The translations under genes were made by a program, and so were the position numbers. From the NCBI GenBank assembly GCA_947598345.1, contig CANQFF010000002.1, positions 1 to 39,056 of the forward strand: 39,056 nt of DNA, read 5' to 3'. Source of the stretch: an uncultured Bacilli bacterium (lineage in GTDB: Bacteria > Bacillota_I > Bacilli_A > RF39 > UBA660). Each line of letters starts with the position of its first letter. Within the stretch, counting starts at the first letter, position 1. The notes beneath the pieces were generated by a model that worked only from the letters and a program-made list of their open reading frames with translations, did no database searches and was not told the origin of the DNA. This document shows positions 8,086-16,616 of this stretch, in pieces.

Positions 8086-9326
8086 TGAGAATAGGTATAT
8101 TTACTGATACTTATCCACCATATATAAATGGTGTATCTACAAGTATTAAGATGCTTGAAAATGCCTTAAGAAAAAAGGGGCATAAAGTATTTATTGTTAC
8201 TGTTAATCCAGAAGAAATGTCATATCAATTTGAAGATAATGGTAGGATAATAAGAATCCCTGGTATACCGACGGGAATATATGATTATAGATTAACTACT
8301 TTTTATCCAATAAGAGCTGTTAATAAAATAAAAGAGTGGAATTTAGATATTATACATACTCATACTGAATTTGGAATAGGTACATTTGCAAGAGTAATAG
8401 GTAAACAATTTGATATACCTGTTGTCCACACTTATCATACTATGTATGAAGATTATGTGCATTATATAACAAAGGGATATTTTGACCATACAAGTAAGAA
8501 AATAGTAGAGTATTTAACAAAGTTTTATTGTGATAAAACAATAGAAGAATTAATCGTTCCAACAAAAAAAACATATGATTTATTTAAAGAAAAATATAAA
8601 TATGATAGAAATGTACACATTATTCCAACAGGTATAGAGATAGAAAGATTTTATAAAGAAAAATTAAATAATGATAAAATAAATAAATTAAGAGAAGAAC
8701 TTAAAATAAAAGAAGACGATATAGTAGTAATTTTTGTTGGTAGAATAGCTTCTGAAAAAAGTGTGGATTTTTTAATTAATAATCATTCAGAAATTTTAAA
8801 AAGAAATAGTAATACTAAATTATTAATTGTGGGTGATGGCCCAGATTTAGAGAACTATAAAAATTTAGCTAAAAAAAATAAAATAGAAGATAGTGTAATA
8901 TTTGTTGGAAAAGTACCTTGGGATAAGATACCACTTTATTATGGTTTAGCTCATATATTTGTAACAGCATCACATACAGAAACTCAAGGTCTTACTGTTA
9001 TAGAGGCAATGGCCGCAACACTTCCTGTAGTAGCTTTGAATGATGAAAGTTTTAGAAATGTAGTAATAGATGACTTGAATGGATATTTATTTAATAATAA
9101 AAAAGAATATTTAAATAAAATGTTTAAATTATTAAATGATAAAGAATTAAGAGAAAAGATGGGACTTCAAGCTAGAATAAATTCTGAAACATATTCTTCA
9201 AAATATTTTGCAGAAAGAGTTTTAGATGTTTATAGGTTAGCTTTAAAAGGAAGAAAGCCAAAGAAGAATAAATCGTTCTTTTCAAGGTTAAAAAATACAG
9301 TAAAAAAAGGTCTTCATGGCAAATAA
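8085..9326 (+). CDS. GT4 glycosyltransferase, alpha-monoglucosyl-diacylglycerol-synthase-like (glycolipid synthesis)
   Basis: N-terminus MRIGIFTDTYPPYINGVSTSI resembles Acholeplasma/streptococcal DAG glucosyltransferases. It carries the EX7E motif ETQGLTVIEAMA. The GTG start at 8085 shares its G with the upstream TAG stop. Confidence 0.8.
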   Translation: MRIGIFTDTYPPYINGVSTSIKMLENALRKKGHKVFIVTVNPEEMSYQFEDNGRIIRIPGIPTGIYDYRLTTFYPIRAVNKIKEWNLDIIHTHTEFGIGTFARVIGKQFDIPVVHTYHTMYEDYVHYITKGYFDHTSKKIVEYLTKFYCDKTIEELIVPTKKTYDLFKEKYKYDRNVHIIPTGIEIERFYKEKLNNDKINKLREELKIKEDDIVVIFVGRIASEKSVDFLINNHSEILKRNSNTKLLIVGDGPDLENYKNLAKKNKIEDSVIFVGKVPWDKIPLYYGLAHIFVTASHTETQGLTVIEAMAATLPVVALNDESFRNVVIDDLNGYLFNNKKEYLNKMFKLLNDKELREKMGLQARINSETYSSKYFAERVLDVYRLALKGRKPKKNKSFFSRLKNTVKKGLHGK

Positions 9327-9374
9327 ATGAAAGAAGGTAGAAATGATATAACTAGATCATAAAATTTGATATTT

Positions 9375-9381
9375 TTCGACA
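9375..9381 (-). promoter_or_regulatory. Perfect Spo0A box (TGTCGAA on the - strand) in the spo0A upstream region
   Basis: TTCGACA at 9375-9381, about 90 nt upstream of the spo0A start. It is flanked by AACTAGAT direct repeats at 9350-9357 and 9393-9400. Confidence 0.45.
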
Positions 9382-9464
9382 AATTGTTACAAAACTAGAT
9401 AAAATAAACTCTAGAAGCTTTATGTTGTATGTAGTATAATCATAATAGAAAAGGAAGAGATAAT

Positions 9465-10223
9465 ATGAATAAAATAAAAGTTCTAATGATAGATGATAAC
9501 ATACAGTTAATAGAAGCAGTAAAAGAATATTTTAAAAGTAGTAAAGTTATAGAAATATCATCAACAGCGAATGACGGAGTTGATGGTATGGAAAAAATAG
9601 AAAAAGAGATTTATGATGTAATCATTTTGGATCTTATAATGCCAAATAAGGATGGTTTATATGTCCTTGAGGAAATGAAAAAGAAAAACATAGATAAAAA
9701 AGTAATAGTCGCAACAAGTTATAATACATCAGAAGTTATAAGGGAAGTATCCGATTATGGTGTTAATTATTATATATTGAAACCTTTTGATTTTGGAGAT
9801 TTAGAAAAAAGAATATTAGACATGTTTAATAAGAAACAAGAAGGTAAAAATATTGATTTACATTATAATAATTTGCAAGTATCTATAACTAAGATATTAC
9901 ACGAACTTGGTATTCCATCTCATATAAAAGGTTATCAATATATAAGAGACGGAATTAGTTTAATATTTGATAATCCAGATATGATAGGTGGAATAACGAA
10001 AGAATTATATCCAGAATTAGCAGCAAAATTTGATACAACGGTGTCTAGGGTAGAAAGAGCGATAAGACATGCAATAGAAGTAAGTTGGAATAGAGGCAAC
10101 TGGGATCTTATGGAAGAAATATTTGGAAACAGTGTTGATATAGATAAGGCTAAACCTACTAATTCTGAATTTATTGTAACTGTCGCTGATAAACTAAGAC
10201 TAGATTATCATAAGATTGGTTAA
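9465..10223 (+). CDS. spo0A: Stage 0 sporulation master regulator Spo0A
   Basis: REC domain (DDN, D at ILDLIMP) plus the diagnostic C-terminal domain HIKGYQY..SRVERAIRHAIEV..KPTNSEFI..ADKLRL. Confidence 0.96.
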   Translation: MNKIKVLMIDDNIQLIEAVKEYFKSSKVIEISSTANDGVDGMEKIEKEIYDVIILDLIMPNKDGLYVLEEMKKKNIDKKVIVATSYNTSEVIREVSDYGVNYYILKPFDFGDLEKRILDMFNKKQEGKNIDLHYNNLQVSITKILHELGIPSHIKGYQYIRDGISLIFDNPDMIGGITKELYPELAAKFDTTVSRVERAIRHAIEVSWNRGNWDLMEEIFGNSVDIDKAKPTNSEFIVTVADKLRLDYHKIG

Positions 10224-10280
10224 TGATATTAAGTACTTGAAAAAGTGCTTTTAATTTTATATAATTATAATGGTGATAGA

Positions 10281-13200
10281 ATGAAAAAAATAAGAACCAT
10301 GGATGGAAATGAAGCCTGTGCTTTGACTTCATATTTATTTACAGAAATTGCAGGTATTTATCCAATAACTCCATCTAGTCCTATGGCTGAGCATTTAGAT
10401 GAATGGAGTGTATCAGTAAAGAAAAATATTTTTAATGATAAAGTAAAAGTGGTTGAGATGCAAAGCGAAGCAGGGGCAGCTGGGTTTGTTCATGGTGCTT
10501 TGCAAAACGGAGTTTTAGCGACTACATTTACGGCTAGTCAAGGATTACTTTTAATGATACCTAATATGTATAAAATGGCAGGTGAAATGCTTCCTATGGT
10601 TATGCATGTTGCAGCGCGCTCACTATCTACGCATGCGCTAAGTATATTAGGAGATCATCAGGATATTTATGCCTGTAGATCAACAGGATTTTGTATGCTC
10701 GCATCTTCATCAGTACAGGATGCTTCGTATTTAAGTGGTATCGCTCACTTATCTGCAATAGAGTCTAGCTTACCATTTATGCATTTCTTCGATGGCTTTA
10801 GAACTAGTCATGAAATAGATAAAATAGAGGTATTAGATAGCGATGATTATAAAAAATTGTTAAATAAAAAAGCTCTTGAAAAATTTAGAAGTAGAGCTTT
10901 AAATCCAGATAAACCAAATACAAGAGGTACTGCAGAAAATGATGATATATATTTTCAAGCAACTGAAGTTAGAAATATTTTTTATAACAAGGTGCCAGAT
11001 ATTGTAAATAATTATATGGATAAAATTAATAAATTAGCTGGTACTGAATATAAACCTTTCAATTACTATGGTAATAAATCTGCTAAAAAGGTAATAGTTG
11101 CTATGGGATCAGTATGCGAAACTGTAAAAGAAACAATAGATAATTTAGATGAACCTTTAGGTTTAATAGAAGTTCACTTATATAGACCTTTTTCAGTTAA
11201 ATATTTATTAGATGTACTTCCTAAATCAGTAGAAAAAATAGCTGTACTTGATAGAACTAAAGAATTTGGATCAAATGGAGAACCTTTATATTTAGATATT
11301 GTATCAGCCCTAAAAGAAAAAAATATAGATATAGTAGGTGGTAGATACGGTTTATCAAGTAAAAATACCACGCCAGCTCATATAAAATCCGTATATGACA
11401 TGCTTGATCATCCTAAAAATAATTTTACAATAGGTATAGAAGACGATGTAACTAATTTAAGTTTAAAATCACCAGATTTTACTTTAAAATCTGGTAAAGA
11501 AATATTAATTTATGGATATGGTTCTGATGGAATGGTTAGTGCATCTAAATCAATTATAAAATTAATAGGTGACAATACTGATAACTATGTACAAGGATAT
11601 TTTCAGTACGATTCTAAAAAATCTGGTGGGGTAACTATATCTCATTTAAGAATAAGTGATAAAAAGATAAAAGCTACATATTATGTTGAAAAACCAGATA
11701 TTGTAGTTGTATCTAAGGATAGTTATTTTAAAGAGTTTGAACTTTTAAATAAAATTGACTCTAATTCTATAATGATTGTAAATACAAGTAAAAGTGATGA
11801 AGAATTAATAAGCACTTTAAATGAGAAAATGTTAAAATTGCTTAGTGATAATAAGACAAAATTATATGCTATAAATGCCTATGAAATAGCTTCTAAAGTA
11901 GGTTTAGGTAATAAAATAAGTATGATTATGGAATGTGCTATTTTGTATTTAACAAATCTTATAGATTATAAATTTGGTAAAGAAGAATTAATAAAATATA
12001 TAAGAGATAAATTTACAAAAAAAGGTGAAGATATAGTTAAAGCTAATGAGGAAGCTTTAACTATGACTGAAAAAATGATAAGAGAGGTCAATTTAAAATT
12101 TGATAATATTTCTAATGAAAATAAAAATTTAGATTTTTATGATTCAATGTTTAAAAGACAAGGAAATAAATTACCAACATCTGCTTTTTTATCAATGCCA
12201 AGTGGTATATTTAAACCTGGAACAGTTAATTTAGAAAATAAATATATAAGTGAGATTGTACCTAATTATATTAAGGATAATTGTATAAATTGTAATCAAT
12301 GCTCATTTGTATGTCCACACTCAGTTATAAGACCATATTTATTAAGTGAAGAAGAGTATGAAAAGGCACCTGAATATATAAAAGTTAGATGCAAAAAAGC
12401 TATAGGATTAGAAGATTATTATTTTACTATAGGTATTTGTATTAAGAATTGTACAGGTTGTGGTCTTTGTATAGATACTTGTCCAGGATTTAAAGGTGTA
12501 AAAGCATTAACTTTTTCCTCTTTAAATAATCAAATTAAAAATAAAGAGCAGGATATATTTGATTATCTTGAAAGTAATATAACTAATAAGAATAAATTTA
12601 ATAATTTAACAGTAAAGGGTTTAGAGTTTAATAAACCAAAATTTGAATATTGTGGTGCTTGTGCAGGATGTGGAGAAACTTCATATATTAAGGTATTAAC
12701 ACAATTGTTTAAGGATAATTTAATAATAGCAAATGCAACGGGATGTTCGTCAATATATGGAGGTAGTGCTCCCTCAACGCCGTATACACTTCCTTGGGCA
12801 AGTTCGTTATTTGAAGATAATGCAGAGTATGGTTACGGTATGTTAATAAGTAATAACTTGATGAGAAATAGAATTAAAACTATAATGGAAAATAATATGG
12901 ATAATAGTAATTCTGATTTATTTAAATACTGGATAGATAACTGTGATGATTATGAAAAAACTAAAGAGGTTTATGATAAATTAAATGAAGACATACCAAA
13001 GGAACTTATAGAATTAAAAGAGTATATTCCATCTAGAAATTACTGGTGTATTGGTGGAGATGGATGGGCATATGATATAGGATTTGGTGGAATTGATCAT
13101 TTATTAGCAACTAATGATGATGTTAATATTTTAGTTCTTGATTCACAGGTTTATTCTAATACAGGTGGTCAATCTAGTAAAGCTAGTGAAATAGGTTCCG

Positions 13201-13667
13201 TAGCCTCCTTTTCAACAAGTGGAAAAAAGACTAATAAAAAAGATTTGGCAAGCATTGCTATGTGTTATAAAAATGCATATGTTGCTACAATCTCACTAGG
13301 CGCAAATATGATGCAAGTAATTAAAACATTAAAAGAAGCAAATGATTATAATGGACCTTCAATCGTAATAGCTTATTCACCTTGTATATCTCATGGAATA
13401 AAAGGTGGTATGTCTAATACATTAAAAATGGAAAAAATGGCAGTAGAATGTGGATATTTCCCTATTTTTAGAAGACATCCTATAAATGGCTTCACATTAG
13501 ATAGTAAGAAAGTTGATTTTGAAAAATACGATGAATTTTTAAATATGCAAACAAGATATTCATCACTAAGTAAGATATCTAGTGAAAATACATACTTACT
13601 AGAAGAAAATAAAAAAAATGCAAAGAGTAGATTTGAATATTATAAAAAGTTAGACAGTAATTTATAA
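10281..13667 (+). CDS. nifJ: Pyruvate:ferredoxin (flavodoxin) oxidoreductase, single-polypeptide PFOR
   Basis: N-terminus MDGNEA..YPITPSS, two 4Fe-4S motifs (CINCNQCSFVCPH and CTGCGLCIDTCP) and the TPP motif GGDGWAYDIGFGG. The ORF opens at 10245, but the ATG at 10281 (MKKIRTMDG) after GGTGAT is the likely start. Confidence 0.95.
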   Translation: MKKIRTMDGNEACALTSYLFTEIAGIYPITPSSPMAEHLDEWSVSVKKNIFNDKVKVVEMQSEAGAAGFVHGALQNGVLATTFTASQGLLLMIPNMYKMAGEMLPMVMHVAARSLSTHALSILGDHQDIYACRSTGFCMLASSSVQDASYLSGIAHLSAIESSLPFMHFFDGFRTSHEIDKIEVLDSDDYKKLLNKKALEKFRSRALNPDKPNTRGTAENDDIYFQATEVRNIFYNKVPDIVNNYMDKINKLAGTEYKPFNYYGNKSAKKVIVAMGSVCETVKETIDNLDEPLGLIEVHLYRPFSVKYLLDVLPKSVEKIAVLDRTKEFGSNGEPLYLDIVSALKEKNIDIVGGRYGLSSKNTTPAHIKSVYDMLDHPKNNFTIGIEDDVTNLSLKSPDFTLKSGKEILIYGYGSDGMVSASKSIIKLIGDNTDNYVQGYFQYDSKKSGGVTISHLRISDKKIKATYYVEKPDIVVVSKDSYFKEFELLNKIDSNSIMIVNTSKSDEELISTLNEKMLKLLSDNKTKLYAINAYEIASKVGLGNKISMIMECAILYLTNLIDYKFGKEELIKYIRDKFTKKGEDIVKANEEALTMTEKMIREVNLKFDNISNENKNLDFYDSMFKRQGNKLPTSAFLSMPSGIFKPGTVNLENKYISEIVPNYIKDNCINCNQCSFVCPHSVIRPYLLSEEEYEKAPEYIKVRCKKAIGLEDYYFTIGICIKNCTGCGLCIDTCPGFKGVKALTFSSLNNQIKNKEQDIFDYLESNITNKNKFNNLTVKGLEFNKPKFEYCGACAGCGETSYIKVLTQLFKDNLIIANATGCSSIYGGSAPSTPYTLPWASSLFEDNAEYGYGMLISNNLMRNRIKTIMENNMDNSNSDLFKYWIDNCDDYEKTKEVYDKLNEDIPKELIELKEYIPSRNYWCIGGDGWAYDIGFGGIDHLLATNDDVNILVLDSQVYSNTGGQSSKASEIGSVASFSTSGKKTNKKDLASIAMCYKNAYVATISLGANMMQVIKTLKEANDYNGPSIVIAYSPCISHGIKGGMSNTLKMEKMAVECGYFPIFRRHPINGFTLDSKKVDFEKYDEFLNMQTRYSSLSKISSENTYLLEENKKNAKSRFEYYKKLDSNL

Positions 13668-13694
13668 ATAAATTGTATTTCGATAGTAATAAAA

Positions 13695-13726
13695 AACGAC
13701 ACTTTTATGGGTGTTGTTTTTTTATA
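13695..13726 (+). terminator. Rho-independent terminator after PFOR
   Basis: AACGACAC (13695-13702) / GTGTTGTT (13711-13718, one G-U pair) followed by TTTTTTT. Confidence 0.6.
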
Positions 13727-13738
13727 ATTATATCGGTG

Positions 13739-14521
13739 ATGAAAATGAAAATATATATAGATCTAATTATGATATTAAATTTTTTTATAGATTTTATATT
13801 ATTATTATCGGTGTCACTTATTTTAAAAAGAAATATTAAAATAACTAGAATAATGTTAGGTGCTTTTATAGGTGGTATTAGTATATTGTTATTGTTTTTT
13901 AATGTAAATAATTTATCATTATTTATACTAAAAGTGTTTATAAGTTTAGTTATGATTTTAACTACATTTGGTTATAGAAATTTAAAGTATACATTAATTA
14001 ATATGCTTTATTTATATCTATCTAGTATAATACTCGGTGGTTTTTTATATTTATTAAATTTACAATTTTCATATAAACATATAGGTATTATTTTTTATAA
14101 TAATGGCCTTAGTATTAATTTTATATTTTTAATAATATTTTCACCTGTAATATTATATATTTATATTAAACAAACAAAAAATCTTAGATATAATTATTCT
14201 AATTATTATAATATAGAGTTATATATTAAAAATAAAAAATATAAGTATACGGCTTATATGGATAGTGGAAATGTTCTTGTTGATAACTTAACAAATAAAC
14301 CTGTTATATTAATAGATAAAAGAAAGGTATTATTTGATACAAAAGGTTTTAGATTGATACCATATTCAGGGGTTACAGGTATTAACATGATTAAAGTTAT
14401 AAAAGTAAATAAAATGATAATGAATAGTAAAGAATATAATAATATATTATTAGGTATTATGGATAGAATTGATTTAGATGGTGTTGATGTAATTTTAAAT
14501 AGAAAATTAATGGAGGAATAA
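13739..14521 (+). CDS. spoIIGA: Sigma-E processing aspartic peptidase SpoIIGA
   Basis: Five N-terminal TM helices, C-terminal DSGN motif (YMDSGNVLVD), and position directly upstream of sigE. The portion of the ORF from 13673 to 13738 overlaps the terminator and is rejected. Confidence 0.85.
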   Translation: MKMKIYIDLIMILNFFIDFILLLSVSLILKRNIKITRIMLGAFIGGISILLLFFNVNNLSLFILKVFISLVMILTTFGYRNLKYTLINMLYLYLSSIILGGFLYLLNLQFSYKHIGIIFYNNGLSINFIFLIIFSPVILYIYIKQTKNLRYNYSNYYNIELYIKNKKYKYTAYMDSGNVLVDNLTNKPVILIDKRKVLFDTKGFRLIPYSGVTGINMIKVIKVNKMIMNSKEYNNILLGIMDRIDLDGVDVILNRKLMEE

Positions 14522-14522
14522 A

Positions 14523-15209
14523 ATGATAAAGAAAATATTAGAACTTATAAAGGAATTGTTTAGTAGTAAAGGTGTATACTTTGTAGGAAGTACTGATAAA
14601 CTACCAGAACCTTTATCTAAGGAAGATGAAATAAGATATGTTGAAATGTCAATGATGGGTGATGAATTTGCTAGAAATAAATTGATAGAACATAATTTAC
14701 GCTTGGTAGTTTTTTTATCTAAGAAATATGAAAATACGGGAGTAGATTTAGAAGATTTAGTAAGTATTGGAACAATTGGTCTTATAAAAGGTGTTAATAC
14801 ATATAAATTAGATAAAAATATTAAACTTGCTACATATGCATCGCGTTGTATTGATAATGAAATACTTATGTTTTTGAGAAAAAATAAAAGAAGAAGAGGA
14901 GAAATAAGTTTTGAAGATAGTTTAAGTTATGATAGTGAAGGAAACGAACTTCATTTAGAAGATATACTAGGTACAGCTGATGATATAGTTACAAGACCTT
15001 TGGATGAAGAAATCGAAAAAAAGATATTATATCAAGAGTTATCTAAACTTAATGATAGAGATAAAGAGATAATGATAATGAGATATGGACTTTTGGGTAG
15101 AAAAGAAATGACGCAAAAAGAGGTCGCTGAAACACTAGGAATTAGTCAATCATATATATCTAGAATAGAAAAGAAGGTTATAAATAGGTTAAAACTACAG
15201 AATAGGTAA
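14523..15209 (+). CDS. sigE: Sporulation sigma factor sigma-E (pro-sigma-E)
   Basis: Short pro-peptide, then YFVGSTDKLPEPLSKEDE, NLRLVV, GTIGLIKGV, KLATYASRCIDNEILM and ISQSYISRIEKK. The start is 1 nt after the spoIIGA stop. Confidence 0.9.
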   Translation: MIKKILELIKELFSSKGVYFVGSTDKLPEPLSKEDEIRYVEMSMMGDEFARNKLIEHNLRLVVFLSKKYENTGVDLEDLVSIGTIGLIKGVNTYKLDKNIKLATYASRCIDNEILMFLRKNKRRRGEISFEDSLSYDSEGNELHLEDILGTADDIVTRPLDEEIEKKILYQELSKLNDRDKEIMIMRYGLLGRKEMTQKEVAETLGISQSYISRIEKKVINRLKLQNR

Positions 15210-15238
15210 TTGTATTAAGTTTTTTAATTTGATATAAT
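15210..15238 (+). promoter_or_regulatory. Candidate sigma-A-type promoter TTGTAT-17-TATAAT
   Basis: TTGTAT at 15210-15215, a 17-nt spacer, then TATAAT at 15233-15238, immediately after the sigE stop. Chance matches are common in AT-rich DNA. Confidence 0.35.
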
Positions 15239-15254
15239 TGAAATAGGAGGCCTT

Positions 15255-16616
15255 ATGAATCAAGAGAAGTTTAATGAATTAAGAAAAAAATATCCTAAAT
15301 TTATATATGATAGCTATGAAATAATAAATGATATAGATAATGTTAAAATAATATATCATTTTGAAATAGAAGGATTAACTAAATTTAATCCATCATATAC
15401 TATAAATAAAAATTATTTTAAAAATAAAAATATAGATGAAAATTTATTTAAATATATGGTTTTTCATATAGGATTAATAGAGCTTGTTAGTTATTTTAAA
15501 TGTACTTGTAGCCCAAATGTTGTTATAAATGCAGGTTATATCGATGATAATCAAATAAAGTGGTTTAAAAAATTATATTATTTGGGGCTTGGTGAAATGT
15601 TATATAAAAATGGTATAGAAGTTACTGAAAAGGAACTTATGAATATAACTTGTACTGCTTCAAAAATAGATATGCAAAGTGTTAGTTATAATGGTGTAGG
15701 TAATCTTATTCCTGTTGGTGGTGGGAAAGATTCAACGGTTACACTAGAATTGATGAAAGATGAATTTGATATAAATACTTGTTTTATAATTAATCCTAAA
15801 GAAGTTAATATTGATTGTTGTAGTGTAGCTGGATATAAAGAAGATAAAATATTTAAAATAACAAGAACTTTAGATAAAAATTTAATAAATTTAAATGAAC
15901 AAGGATTTTTAAATGGACATACACCTTTTAGCTCATTAATTGCCTTTGTATCTTATTTAGCCGCATATATTTCTAATAAAAAATATATATTACTTTCTAA
16001 TGAATCAAGTTCAAATGAATCAACTGTAATAGGTACTGAAATAAATCATCAATATTCTAAAACATATGAATTTGAAAAAGATTTCAATGATTATGTTCAA
16101 AAATATTTTAATGTAAATATAAAATATTTTAGTTTACTCAGATACTTAAATGAATTTCAAATATCTATGTTGTTTTCAAATTATAAAAAATATCATAAAG
16201 TCTTTAAAAGTTGTAATGTTGGGAGCAAAAGTACTCCTTGGAAATGGTGCTGCGAATGTGCGAAATGTTTATTTGTTTATATAATGTTAAGTCCATTTTT
16301 ATATAAAGATGAGTTAGTTAATATTTTCGGTGAAGATTTATATGAAAAAGAAGAGTTATTGGATATTATGTTAGAATTAGCTGGTTATAAAGAAACTAAG
16401 CCATTCGAATGTGTTGGAACTATTGAAGAGGTTAGATATGCACTTAGCTTAACTATAAATAAATTAGATAAAAATCTTCCATTTTTATTGAAATATTATA
16501 AAGAAAAATGTGATTTAAGCTTGGATAATGATTTTGAGCACAAATTTAATTTAGAAAATAATTTAGAACAAAAATTTATAGATTTGATTGATAAGGAAGT
16601 AAATAAATATGTATAA
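15255..16616 (+). CDS. PP-loop (adenine-nucleotide alpha-hydrolase-like) protein of unknown function; candidate MurL-type ATP-dependent epimerase
   Basis: Strong GGAGG SD. PP-loop motif PVGGGKDST at about 15714-15737. Cys cluster WKWCCECAKC. It overlaps the downstream MurD-type gene by 8 nt. The functional call is inference only. Confidence 0.6.
   Translation: MNQEKFNELRKKYPKFIYDSYEIINDIDNVKIIYHFEIEGLTKFNPSYTINKNYFKNKNIDENLFKYMVFHIGLIELVSYFKCTCSPNVVINAGYIDDNQIKWFKKLYYLGLGEMLYKNGIEVTEKELMNITCTASKIDMQSVSYNGVGNLIPVGGGKDSTVTLELMKDEFDINTCFIINPKEVNIDCCSVAGYKEDKIFKITRTLDKNLINLNEQGFLNGHTPFSSLIAFVSYLAAYISNKKYILLSNESSSNESTVIGTEINHQYSKTYEFEKDFNDYVQKYFNVNIKYFSLLRYLNEFQISMLFSNYKKYHKVFKSCNVGSKSTPWKWCCECAKCLFVYIMLSPFLYKDELVNIFGEDLYEKEELLDIMLELAGYKETKPFECVGTIEEVRYALSLTINKLDKNLPFLLKYYKEKCDLSLDNDFEHKFNLENNLEQKFIDLIDKEVNKYV

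Noticed and set aside
13679-13701. Imperfect 0A-like heptamers (TTCGATA, AACGACA) upstream of spoIIGA
   Set aside because: Each has one or two mismatches to TTCGACA, and they overlap the PFOR terminator hairpin. That is not enough to call Spo0A sites without comparative or binding data.
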